DNA of 64,000 bases, from assembly GCA_963665115.1 (NCBI GenBank), contig OY762007.1:5184001-5248000 (forward strand), in the 5' to 3' direction. This document shows positions 20,708 through 29,435 of this stretch, piece by piece; within the stretch, counting starts at the first letter, position 1; every line of letters begins with the position of its first letter. The stretch is from an uncultured Rivularia sp. Its GTDB lineage: Bacteria; Cyanobacteriota; Cyanobacteriia; Cyanobacteriales; Nostocaceae. The notes beneath the pieces were generated by a model. The model searched no databases and was not told the origin of the DNA. It worked only from the letters and a program-made list of their open reading frames with translations. A program made the position numbers and the translations under genes.

Positions 20708-21787
20708 ATGTCTGCGAAGAAAATTAATCAAAGAAATACCAAAAATGAAATTTTAGAAGCTTATGATGAGTTGACGAAGGAAAGATTGGAGTTGAAAAAG
20801 CAAGTCGATAGTCTTGTGAGAGCAAGTAATTCTGTTAAAACCGAGAATTTTAAAACACCTGAAAAAACACCTATTAATCAATACTCGAAAGTGCAGCAAA
20901 AAATGAATTTTACTATTGAAAGTTTAGCAAAAATTCAGTTAGGTTTTGGTAGCTCTGCGAATGAATTATCCGAACAGCTAACCACAAAAGCATATAGATT
21001 AGCAGAAATAAAGCAAATTGTAGAAGAACAATTAGAGCAACTACAGCAACTGCACGATTTAGAAGTTGCTGACGATACTTTAGATAATTTGATTGCAAGC
21101 TACGAAGAAAATAATTCAGCTTATCAAGAAGAATTTAACCAAGTTTCTGAAACATTAAATCAAGAAATACAAGAATTAAGAGAAGCCTGGAGAAAAGAAC
21201 AAGAAGATTATCAGAGCAGCATTAAAGAGCGAAATGAAAATTTAAATAAAAACCGTCAGCGAGATACTTCAACATATAAATACGATTTAGAGCGGGAACG
21301 TAATTTAGAAGTAGATGAATACGAGCAGCAACAAAAAGAATTATATCGAAATTTAGATGAATTTCAGCAGGAAACTGAAAAACGGTGGAACGAACGAGAA
21401 ACAGCAATTGCAGACAAAGAAAAACAATTTGAAGAATTAAAAATTAAAGTTGAAGTATTTTCCCAACAAAAAGAATCAGCTATCAGAAAAGCTACAGAGC
21501 AAGGAAAAGGTATAGCTGAGTATCAAGGTAAAATCAAAGCTAATTTATTTGCCAAAGAAGTGGAAGGAGAAAAAGCTTCATACCAACAAAGAATACAATC
21601 TTTGGAACAGACAATCGGCAGTCAGGAAGAAAGAGTTCAAACCCTTTCCAAACAGCTTGAGTCAGCGCTGAAACAAGTTCAAGATTTAGCGGTTAAAGCG
21701 ATTGAAGGTTCTGCTAACGTTAATACATATCAAGCTATGAAAGAAATTGCTTTAGAACAAGCGAAAAATCAGGTGAAGAATAAGTAA
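20708..21787 (+). CDS. zacK: Coiled-coil filament protein, ZacK (Alr4505)-like; paralog of the upstream gene
   Basis: Shares the LQLxFG and QxQDLxxKA motifs with the upstream ORF; GGAG SD before ATG 20708. Confidence 0.7.
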   Translation: MSAKKINQRNTKNEILEAYDELTKERLELKKQVDSLVRASNSVKTENFKTPEKTPINQYSKVQQKMNFTIESLAKIQLGFGSSANELSEQLTTKAYRLAEIKQIVEEQLEQLQQLHDLEVADDTLDNLIASYEENNSAYQEEFNQVSETLNQEIQELREAWRKEQEDYQSSIKERNENLNKNRQRDTSTYKYDLERERNLEVDEYEQQQKELYRNLDEFQQETEKRWNERETAIADKEKQFEELKIKVEVFSQQKESAIRKATEQGKGIAEYQGKIKANLFAKEVEGEKASYQQRIQSLEQTIGSQEERVQTLSKQLESALKQVQDLAVKAIEGSANVNTYQAMKEIALEQAKNQVKNK

Positions 21788-21920
21788 GTAGGGAGTAGGG
21801 AATAGGTAATAAACAATGAGAGAAACCCGGTATCTTGAAGATAACGGGTTTCTGATTGATTGATAAAATAATAAAAAACGTTGCAATGCAACTACATTAG
21901 TAAGAACATATATAAGTTAA

Positions 21921-22049
21921 TTAAGCTATATTATTATTCTGCTTTTTAGCTTCTTTACGATTACTAACATACTGTGCGAAACCGAGTTCTCTTCTTTTTG
22001 GTCTACCGTAATCGGGTACTCTTTTTCTTTTTCTTGCTGCCCAAGCCAT
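21921..22049 (-). CDS. Unannotated 42-aa basic peptide MAWAARKRKRVPDYGRPKRRELGFAQYVSNRKEAKKQNNNIA
   Basis: TAAGGAG SD 7 nt before ATG; paralog of 22122..22238. Confidence 0.7.
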   Translation of the reverse strand: MAWAARKRKRVPDYGRPKRRELGFAQYVSNRKEAKKQNNNIA

Positions 22050-22121
22050 AGTTTTACTCCTTATTTGTATGTATATCTTTGCTATTTATTCTCTCTATCA
22101 ATAATTGTTAATTAAGGTATG

Positions 22122-22238
22122 TTATCGTTGGTTTTTTAGCTTGTTTATAAGATTATTAACATACTCCACGAAACCGAGTTCTCTTCTTTTTGGTCTACCG
22201 TAATCGGGTACTGGTTTTCTTCTTCTTGCCGAAGCCAT
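22122..22238 (-). CDS. Unannotated 38-aa basic peptide MASARRRKPVPDYGRPKRRELGFVEYVNNLINKLKNQR
   Basis: AAAGGA SD upstream of ATG; 14-aa core identical to the neighbouring peptide. Confidence 0.7.
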   Translation of the reverse strand: MASARRRKPVPDYGRPKRRELGFVEYVNNLINKLKNQR

Positions 22239-22559
22239 AATTATTTTCCTTTTTTATTCGTTTGAATTTGTATTTTTTTTGTCTCTGTATTTGTCTACAT
22301 TGTCGTTATGTTGATTCCAGAAGATATAACTGTTTAAATTAAACTTTATTGTTTCTTTATCTTGGTTAACTTTATTTTTATAAAGACAAAAACAGAGACG
22401 CATTTGCAGCATCTCTGTATAGGAAACCCAATAGTTGAAAACTCTGAATGTTTATATTCAAAAATTTTAAATTTTGATTTTGGATATACGTTTATTTATT
22501 ATTAGTTGCGAGCTTCAATAAACACTTGCCGTGTAAATGTAAATCCCTACGACTTTGAA

Positions 22560-22586
22560 TACAGTAGTAATAATGACGAATCCGGA
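22560..22586 (-). promoter_or_regulatory. DIF1-type (heterocyst-specific) promoter candidate
   Basis: Minus strand TCCGGA-N18-GTA pointing toward the two peptide ORFs. Confidence 0.5.
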
Positions 22587-22642
22587 AAAAGCACGAATTT
22601 AATTTTATTAACTATTTGTAAATCAGGCTTATGAATAAAAAT

Positions 22643-22683
22643 AGGTTCGTAGATAAGAGGCGCTTCAGCGCTACTACGAACCT
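22643..22683. repeat. REP hairpin AGGTTCGTAG...CTACGAACCT (family also at 32142-32205)
   Basis: Inverted arms; lies downstream of hisA. Confidence 0.7.
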
Positions 22684-22719
22684 GCAATATTGTAGATTAG
22701 GAATATTTGTATCTAGTTA

Positions 22720-23490
22720 TCAAGCGAAAGTAGAAAAACCATGAGGAGGTATATCTTGAATACGCCCATCACCTACGGCTCTTACTGCTTCACGAAGAGA
22801 AATATCGCCAGTATATATAGCACGTCCAACAATAGCACCAGTTACACCTTGAGGTTCTAACGCTAATAAACTTAATAAATCCGTTACCGAACTGACTCCA
22901 CCAGAAGCAATAATTGGTATATCAATCACAGCAGCTAATTCTCGTAAAGCGTCTAAATTCGGGCCGCTAAGAGTACCATCGCGGTGAATATCGGTGTAAA
23001 TTATTTCTGCCGCTCCGAATTCCTGCATTTGTACCGCAAGTTGAGTTGCTAAAACTTCCGAAGTTTCCAACCATCCGCGAGTTGCAACTTTACCGTTGCG
23101 AGCATCAATACCAACGATAATTTTTTGAGGAAATTCTTCAGCAAGTTGCTGCACTAATTGGGGTTGTTCAACAGCAACCGTTCCCAAAATCGCCCATTCC
23201 ACACCAATATCAAATAATTTTTGGACGCTTTCCTTATCCCGCAATCCACCACCAACTTCCACAGGTATGGAAACTGCATTTACAATAGCTTCAATCGCAG
23301 AAAGATTAACGACTTTACCAGCTTTCGCGCCATCTAAATCGACAACGTGTAACCTAGTCGCACCTTGTTCAACCCATTGTTTAGCAGTATCGGCAGGATT
23401 TTCGCCAAATACCTCGGATTTCTCGTAATCACCCTGATAAAGCCGCACGCAACGGCCGGATAATAAATCTATTGCTGGTATTACTTGCAT
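22720..23490 (-). CDS. hisA: ProFAR isomerase HisA
   Basis: [36 protein letters not shown]. Confidence 0.95.
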   Translation of the reverse strand: MQVIPAIDLLSGRCVRLYQGDYEKSEVFGENPADTAKQWVEQGATRLHVVDLDGAKAGKVVNLSAIEAIVNAVSIPVEVGGGLRDKESVQKLFDIGVEWAILGTVAVEQPQLVQQLAEEFPQKIIVGIDARNGKVATRGWLETSEVLATQLAVQMQEFGAAEIIYTDIHRDGTLSGPNLDALRELAAVIDIPIIASGGVSSVTDLLSLLALEPQGVTGAIVGRAIYTGDISLREAVRAVGDGRIQDIPPHGFSTFA

Positions 23491-23572
23491 TATTAGTTGA
23501 TAGTGGTTAGTTGTTAGTTTTAGTGGTTAGGGGTTAGGAGTTGATAATTGATAATTGTTCATTGTTCATTGT

Positions 23573-23860
23573 TCATTGTTCATTGTTCATTATTGCTTGA
23601 CGGAAACCTAAGACAACTAAAATATTTGACAGGGTTAAAAATACTTCTGCGCTTCCGTGCAACCAATCGACGTTTGCTAAAGTTTCACCGTAATGTACTT
23701 GTGCATAAATACCTGCTGGAATGGTGACGGCGACAAAAATAAGGAGTGCGTAAAATCCATACAAAGCTAACTTTGGGGTTTCGGGGGTACGACTGATAAA
23801 CCATAAGAAACCTAAGTATGGAAATAACGATAATGCGAATAGGGTTTCTTTGGAAATCAT
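23573..23860 (-). CDS. DUF3593 membrane protein
   Basis: LFALSLFPYLGFL...VDWLHGSAE signature; pairs with DUF2499. Confidence 0.75.
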   Translation of the reverse strand: MISKETLFALSLFPYLGFLWFISRTPETPKLALYGFYALLIFVAVTIPAGIYAQVHYGETLANVDWLHGSAEVFLTLSNILVVLGFRQAIMNNEQ

Positions 23861-23998
23861 TTTAAACAGTTAACAGTGAGCAGTTAGCAGTGAACAGTTA
23901 GCAGTTAGGAGTGTAGAGACGTAGCAGTGCTACGTCTTCTCTACAGTTAGGAGTTTTGAATTTTATTCCCATGCCCTATGCCCTATTCCCAATTTTAA

Positions 23999-24343
23999 TT
24001 ATTCTGATTTTACAGCTTTTGCGGACGCGGGATTATTTTCGGTATCATCAGTTTTTGTGGAACGATATATCCACCAGGCTGCTGCGAAAAGGGTGAAGTT
24101 TCCAATTACTGTCATGCTTGCTTGTAATGTTACTAGCCATTCGAGAGATTCGGAATTATCGAAAAAGTGCCAGGTACAAGCACACATGGCGCTAACTAAT
24201 GCTGGTAACATACCAAAGGATAAAGCTCCCCAAGCAGGATTACCTATGACTTCGCCGTATTTCCAGATTAGCCATATTGCGGCAATCCATTCTATAACGC
24301 TGGAAACATGAATTATCCAAGTGGGAATTGAAAGTGCTTGCAT
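23999..24343 (-). CDS. ycf49: DUF2499 / Ycf49-like membrane protein
   Basis: ALSIPTWIIHVSSVIEW...CACTWHFFDN; start ATG 24343 (the upstream extension is STRR). Confidence 0.8.
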   Translation of the reverse strand: MQALSIPTWIIHVSSVIEWIAAIWLIWKYGEVIGNPAWGALSFGMLPALVSAMCACTWHFFDNSESLEWLVTLQASMTVIGNFTLFAAAWWIYRSTKTDDTENNPASAKAVKSE

Positions 24344-24610
24344 ATCAGTTATCAGTGAACAATTATCAACGATCAATTATCAATTACCAGTTACTAATTA
24401 TGATTTCATAGTTCTTGGCTGTTAATTAATAACTTTTTTCTTCTTTCTCTACCCCTTTACCCCCTTTTCCCCTTCTTCCCCTTCTCTTAATCTTTGTGAA
24501 ACTTGTTGCGGAAGTACCTTGTAGTGTGTCGCGATTCGTGGGAAATACATGATGGTGGAGAATAACTATTTTTCCGTTTATTAATCCAAAATCTAAAATC
24601 CAAAATAATT

Positions 24611-25648
24611 ATGCGTGCTTTATTATCTGGGTATTACGGGCAAGGAAATGGTGGTGATGAGGCTTTGTTGGCTACGCTTTTACAAATGCTTCCGTCTTCG
24701 GTGACTCCTGTGGTTCTTTCTGGCAATCCTGAAGAAACTCAAGATCGTTATGGTGTTGAAGCTTGCGAGCGTAAGGCTTTTAACACGGTGATGCAGTCTT
24801 TACGTTCTTCCGATGCTTTTATTTGGGGTGGTGGTAGTTTGATTCAAGATGCTACTAGCGCTATTAGTCCATTTTACTATTCTGGGTTGATGGCGATCGC
24901 TCAAAAAAGAGGGATGAAAACTGTGGCTTGGGCGCAAGGTATTGGTCCTCTGAAACGTAATGCTACCAAGTGGTTGGCGCGTCAAAATTTTCTTGGCTGT
25001 ACTGGGGTAAGCGTTCGCGATTCGGCTTCTGCTGCTTTATTAAATGAATGGGAAGTGAATCACGTGCTGGCACCAGATCCGGTTTGGGCACTGGAATCTG
25101 TTTCTACGCCAGGTATTTGGGATACTCCCGCTCCCAGAGTTGCGGTAACATTACGCGCTCATCCCGAACTTACACCAACGCGCTTGGGTAATTTAACTAA
25201 AGCTTTGGTTGATTTTCAAAAGGCTACAGAAACCTTTATTTTGCTGATACCGTTTCAAAAAAGCAAAGATTTGGCTATAGCTCAAGCAATTCAACCAGCA
25301 TTAAAAGATGTCAGTAAAATTATCACCGTAGAAGAACCCAAAATATTAAAAGGTATATATAACGGTGTCGAAATGGCGATTGGAATGCGCTTGCACAGTT
25401 TGATTATGGCTGCAAGTAAAGGCTGTCGCTGTTTTGCGTTGAGTTACGATCCTAAGATTAATCGGTTGATGGAAGAATTAGAAATGCCGGGATGGGATAT
25501 TGATGATTTACCCCATGATGCAAATGCGATGAGTACGGCTTGGATTGAGCATTTTGCAAATGGGGAAGCGCTTTCGGATGACAGAATTAAATTTATTACC
25601 GATAGAGCTTCGATACATAAAGAGGTTTTGCAGAAAGCTTTGACGTGA
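24611..25648 (+). CDS. csaB: Polysaccharide pyruvyl transferase CsaB
   Basis: SGYYGQGNGGDEA, GGGSLIQD, SVRD, MRLHSLI, SYDPK. Confidence 0.9.
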   Translation: MRALLSGYYGQGNGGDEALLATLLQMLPSSVTPVVLSGNPEETQDRYGVEACERKAFNTVMQSLRSSDAFIWGGGSLIQDATSAISPFYYSGLMAIAQKRGMKTVAWAQGIGPLKRNATKWLARQNFLGCTGVSVRDSASAALLNEWEVNHVLAPDPVWALESVSTPGIWDTPAPRVAVTLRAHPELTPTRLGNLTKALVDFQKATETFILLIPFQKSKDLAIAQAIQPALKDVSKIITVEEPKILKGIYNGVEMAIGMRLHSLIMAASKGCRCFALSYDPKINRLMEELEMPGWDIDDLPHDANAMSTAWIEHFANGEALSDDRIKFITDRASIHKEVLQKALT

Positions 25649-25665
25649 ATTAAAAATAATAATTT

Positions 25666-25738
25666 GGACGGGCAGGGATGCCCCGCAGTCGCTACAACGG
25701 AGGGAACCTCCGCAACGCGCTGCTCTCCATCCCACAAG
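25666..25738. repeat. REP interrupted by a 45-bp hairpin micro-element
   Basis: Host GGACGGGCAGGGATGCC|CATCCCACAAG (intact, reverse-complemented, at 50430-50457) with an insert at 25683-25727. Confidence 0.75.
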
Positions 25739-26060
25739 AATATATTCACCAGTCATTATGTAGAGACGTAGCAATGCTACGTCTCCCTAATGTAGCGGAA
25801 TAACGCGAAATTTTATATTTAGGAGAATAACGCGCAATTCATGTATATGGTATTTTTCCGAATTATTCGTTGAAATCGAAAAATACGGAGACGTTGCACT
25901 GCAACGTCTCTACACATTTGTCGGAATAACGCGAAATTGCCGTCGAACGCAAATTTGATTTTCAACGCGGAGGTTCGCAGAGGGGATATTTCATCTATGT
26001 GTTAAGAAGGAATAGCGGTACTTTTATTGACTGTTAGCTGTTTGTTGGTGGTGCGTTGAT

Positions 26061-27815
26061 ATGTCTGAATTAAATAAAAATAAATCATTTCATTACAGTA
26101 GCTTTTCGGAATTTTGTTTTCATAAGGATGAGTTACCGCCGGAGACGAGACATACTGTTGAGGTGTTGTTAGAAGTTGCTGGTACTGATGATTGTTTGGA
26201 AGCGGAAAGGGTTCTTTTGAATGAGAGAGAATTAGAATTAGGAGATTGTAATATTAGTGATTTAACTCCACTAGCAACTCTAAAAGAATTAACTCACTTA
26301 TGGCTTTATTGTAATGATATTTCTGATTTAACTCCTTTACAAGGACTCGTTAATCTTACACATTTAGATCTGAATATAAATCAAATTAGTAATATTGCTC
26401 CGCTAAATAAACTAACTAAATTAAATATTTTACTTTTAGGTGAAAATAAAATTAACAATATTAGTCCTTTAGAAATATTAATTAATTTAAAAAAACTAGA
26501 TTTAGATAATAATCAGATAAATGATATCAGTCCATTAAAGAACTTAAATAAACTAGCAAATATAAGATTATATGCAAATAATATAAGTGATTGGACTTCA
26601 CTGTATAATCTGAAAAAAATATCTGAATTAGATATTAGTTGTAATCAAATCACTGACTTGAAAGTATTGCAACCTTTAAAATATATTAATAAGCTTGACA
26701 TTTCAGGTAATCCACTTGCCGGATTAAATTCTCCAAAATCCTTAGTTGATAAATGTCAAAAACTTCTATCTACACCGTTAAATTATCAAAGAACTATAGA
26801 AGTAGTAAATTTTGCTTATTATTGTATTGGTTTAAATCAACCCAAAGTCATTTTTACAAGCAATTATAAATCCTGGTATATAGAGATTATAAATTTGCTG
26901 AAATTAAATAATATACCAAATCAAAGTTTAAAATCTTTTATTCTACAAAAAAAAAGACAAGCAATCGAAATTAATAAATTGGTATTTGATAATCAATTAG
27001 ATTTTTTACACCAGATAAATAATAAAATACCAAATAAATCAATAAAAGAACTTGCTAAATATGAATTAAATAAATCAATAATGTTTGGAGAAGTAAATTC
27101 AGCGCTATATCTGATAGTAAGAAGTTTAGCTTTTAAACAACTAAATAATTCCAGTCTAAAACCAAATTATGAAGCTTACAGCACTGTAGAAAATATTATC
27201 ACTTCCGAACAAATAATCCACCAAATCTACCTCATCGAAACCTACCAATCCTTACTAAACATAACCCTCGACGAAAAAACTCAACAATGGTACGACTGCT
27301 TAAACCAACTCCTCGAACATTGCGGATGGTTTATTCCTTTTGAAGACGTTTGCATTGTGTGCGATCGCCCATCAAAATTTTCCTTAGATTCAGAAACTCG
27401 TCTCCACGCTGAAGGGGAAGCGGCAATTCAATTTGCTGACGGATACGGTTTGTATTACTATCACGGAATTTCTTTACCTGAAAAATACGGTAAGGTGCAT
27501 CCGAATCAATGGCAAGCAAGATGGTTGTTGGAAGAAAACAATGCTGAATTACGTCGGATTTTAATTCAAGCTATTGGCTACAACCGTATTTGTGACGAAT
27601 TACAAGCGATTCAATTAGATTCTTGGCGCGAATATGACTTAATCAAAATTGATGCGGTGAGTAATGTAGAACCGATAGTTTTACTGAAGATGATTTGCCC
27701 CAGCACCGGATATACTCATGTTTTGCGGGTACCTCCCAATATGGTATCTGCAAGAGAAGCGATAACTTGGATAAATTGGGATGTAGATCCAGAAGAGTTC
27801 GCTGTAGAAAGTTAG
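26061..27815 (+). CDS. Leucine-rich-repeat protein with a C-terminal DUF6745 domain
   Basis: Internalin-like LxLxxNxIxDLxPL repeats; RLHAEGEAAIQFADG...NAELRR...CPSTG...LRVPP. Confidence 0.8.
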   Translation: MSELNKNKSFHYSSFSEFCFHKDELPPETRHTVEVLLEVAGTDDCLEAERVLLNERELELGDCNISDLTPLATLKELTHLWLYCNDISDLTPLQGLVNLTHLDLNINQISNIAPLNKLTKLNILLLGENKINNISPLEILINLKKLDLDNNQINDISPLKNLNKLANIRLYANNISDWTSLYNLKKISELDISCNQITDLKVLQPLKYINKLDISGNPLAGLNSPKSLVDKCQKLLSTPLNYQRTIEVVNFAYYCIGLNQPKVIFTSNYKSWYIEIINLLKLNNIPNQSLKSFILQKKRQAIEINKLVFDNQLDFLHQINNKIPNKSIKELAKYELNKSIMFGEVNSALYLIVRSLAFKQLNNSSLKPNYEAYSTVENIITSEQIIHQIYLIETYQSLLNITLDEKTQQWYDCLNQLLEHCGWFIPFEDVCIVCDRPSKFSLDSETRLHAEGEAAIQFADGYGLYYYHGISLPEKYGKVHPNQWQARWLLEENNAELRRILIQAIGYNRICDELQAIQLDSWREYDLIKIDAVSNVEPIVLLKMICPSTGYTHVLRVPPNMVSAREAITWINWDVDPEEFAVES

Positions 27816-27985
27816 AGGTAAAGTTTTACATATTTTTGACCTCTCTTTAAACCACTAAACCTGTAATGAGAGAGGCTTTAAAAAAGTTATTTTCCTATTC
27901 CCCCTTCCCTGGTAGGGAAGGGGTTAGGGGTTAGGTTTCCGAGATTGATAATTGATTAAAAAATGCACTTTAGCTAACATTTCTC

Positions 27986-28180
27986 ATGATTAAGCCAAAA
28001 ATCAAACGTAAAATGCCAAAGTGCCTCCAGTGTCGCTTTTACCAAGGCAATATTATTGTTTGCAAAATGTATCCTAATGGCCCCGAAGATCGATCGTGTC
28101 CTCACTATGCACCAGATCCGGATGTTTATCTAGATGAAGGGGAACGGGGAACAGGGAACAGAAGAAAAAGACAATATTAA
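27986..28180 (+). CDS. Small Cys-rich protein (DUF6464-like)
   Basis: CxxC...C..P.GP....C; the tail runs into STRR. Confidence 0.5.
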   Translation: MIKPKIKRKMPKCLQCRFYQGNIIVCKMYPNGPEDRSCPHYAPDPDVYLDEGERGTGNRRKRQY

Positions 28181-28395
28181 CAGCTTAATAACCAAAATTT
28201 GATTATTTACAGTTTATGAAAATACAGAAACCCGGTATCTTCGAGATACCGGATTTTTATATGTTTACAAATGATTTAACAATGCGATATAGCAATTTTC
28301 GGTGAATCGGATACATTCAAAACCTCACCCTCTTTCCCTCTCCTTATTAAGGAGAGGGATGTCCGTCAGGACAGGGTGAGGTAAAGCGATATTAT

Positions 28396-29124
28396 CTACG
28401 CAGCAACAGCAACTTCTTCTTCATAAGGCATGAAGGTTTTCTTGGTAGCGTTACAGATGGGACAATGCCAATCTTCGGGAATGTCCTCGAATGCTGTTCC
28501 CGGTGCAATTCCAGAATCTGGGTCGCCGATTACGGGGTCGTATATCATCGAACATTGACGGCAAATCCATTTCTGTGTTGCTGGGTCGCCGCTGGCTTTC
28601 TTTTCTGCGGCTGTTTTACCGTTTAGCGTTTCTAAGGCTTCCGTATATTGATTTGCATGGTGGTGTTCTACGCTAGTTAGCAAACCAAATGTGTGCGTAG
28701 CTTTACGGAAAATATCAGCGTGTTCGCGGGATTCTTCTTCCTGAGTTTTAAATTCCTCTTCAGCTTTCCCATCTCTATCCGCACGCGCTTCTTGTGCAAA
28801 ACCCGGATACATGGTTTCGTACTCGTAGGTTTCACCTTCCACCGCTAATTCCAAACAGCGAGTTGCGATCGCCTTTTTCTGTTCTTCGGTTAAAGAGTCA
28901 GCATCATCCACCATCAATTCCGGATGCATCAACCGAAAGTGAGCGAAAGCGTGTTCTGTTTCTTGATTCGCAGTATCCTTAAAAAGCTTGGAAAGCTCCT
29001 TCATTCCCAACTTCTTAGTAACTTCCGCAAAAAACAAATACTTACGATTTGCCATCGACTCTCCACCAAAAGCCGCTTCCAAGTTTTTAGCGGTGTTGGA
29101 ATTTGATAAATCCATACTATGCAA
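28396..29124 (-). CDS. rbr: Rubrerythrin with a C-terminal rubredoxin domain
   Basis: NLEAAFGGESMA, ETEHA, EGETYE, ESREH; WICRQC...YDP...WHCPIC. Confidence 0.9.
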   Translation of the reverse strand: MHSMDLSNSNTAKNLEAAFGGESMANRKYLFFAEVTKKLGMKELSKLFKDTANQETEHAFAHFRLMHPELMVDDADSLTEEQKKAIATRCLELAVEGETYEYETMYPGFAQEARADRDGKAEEEFKTQEEESREHADIFRKATHTFGLLTSVEHHHANQYTEALETLNGKTAAEKKASGDPATQKWICRQCSMIYDPVIGDPDSGIAPGTAFEDIPEDWHCPICNATKKTFMPYEEEVAVAA

Positions 29125-29177
29125 CCTCTCTTTAATAGTACGCAGACAAGATTACTGCTTTAGCATTGCTTGTTAAG

Positions 29178-29228
29178 CGTAGTCGTTATGAATTTGATTA
29201 TAGCTTATCTGAAGTCATTATGACTATG
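29178..29228 (-). promoter_or_regulatory. Two PerR/FurC-like boxes flanking a TATAAT -10 element
   Basis: Minus strand CATAGTCATAATGACTTCA, then TATAAT (29197-29202), then CAAATTCATAACGACTACG. Confidence 0.6.
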
Positions 29229-29435
29229 AATATTTTTGGGAGGGGGAAGAGGGGGGAGAGGGGGAGAGGGGGAGATGGGGAGATGGGGAAATAATTAGCG
29301 AGTAAGATGCTCGCACTACTAACAACTAACAACTAACAACTAACAACTAACTTGGAATCTGTATTTCCGCTGTTGTAGTTGATTTGAAAACTCATTTATA
29401 ACCGTAATTAAATTTGGAAATTGGGAATAGCCTAT

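Noticed and set aside
21921..22238. RiPP precursor interpretation of the peptide pair
   Set aside because: No modifying enzyme, protease or transporter nearby, and no recognisable leader or double-glycine site; it cannot be excluded if enzymes act in trans.
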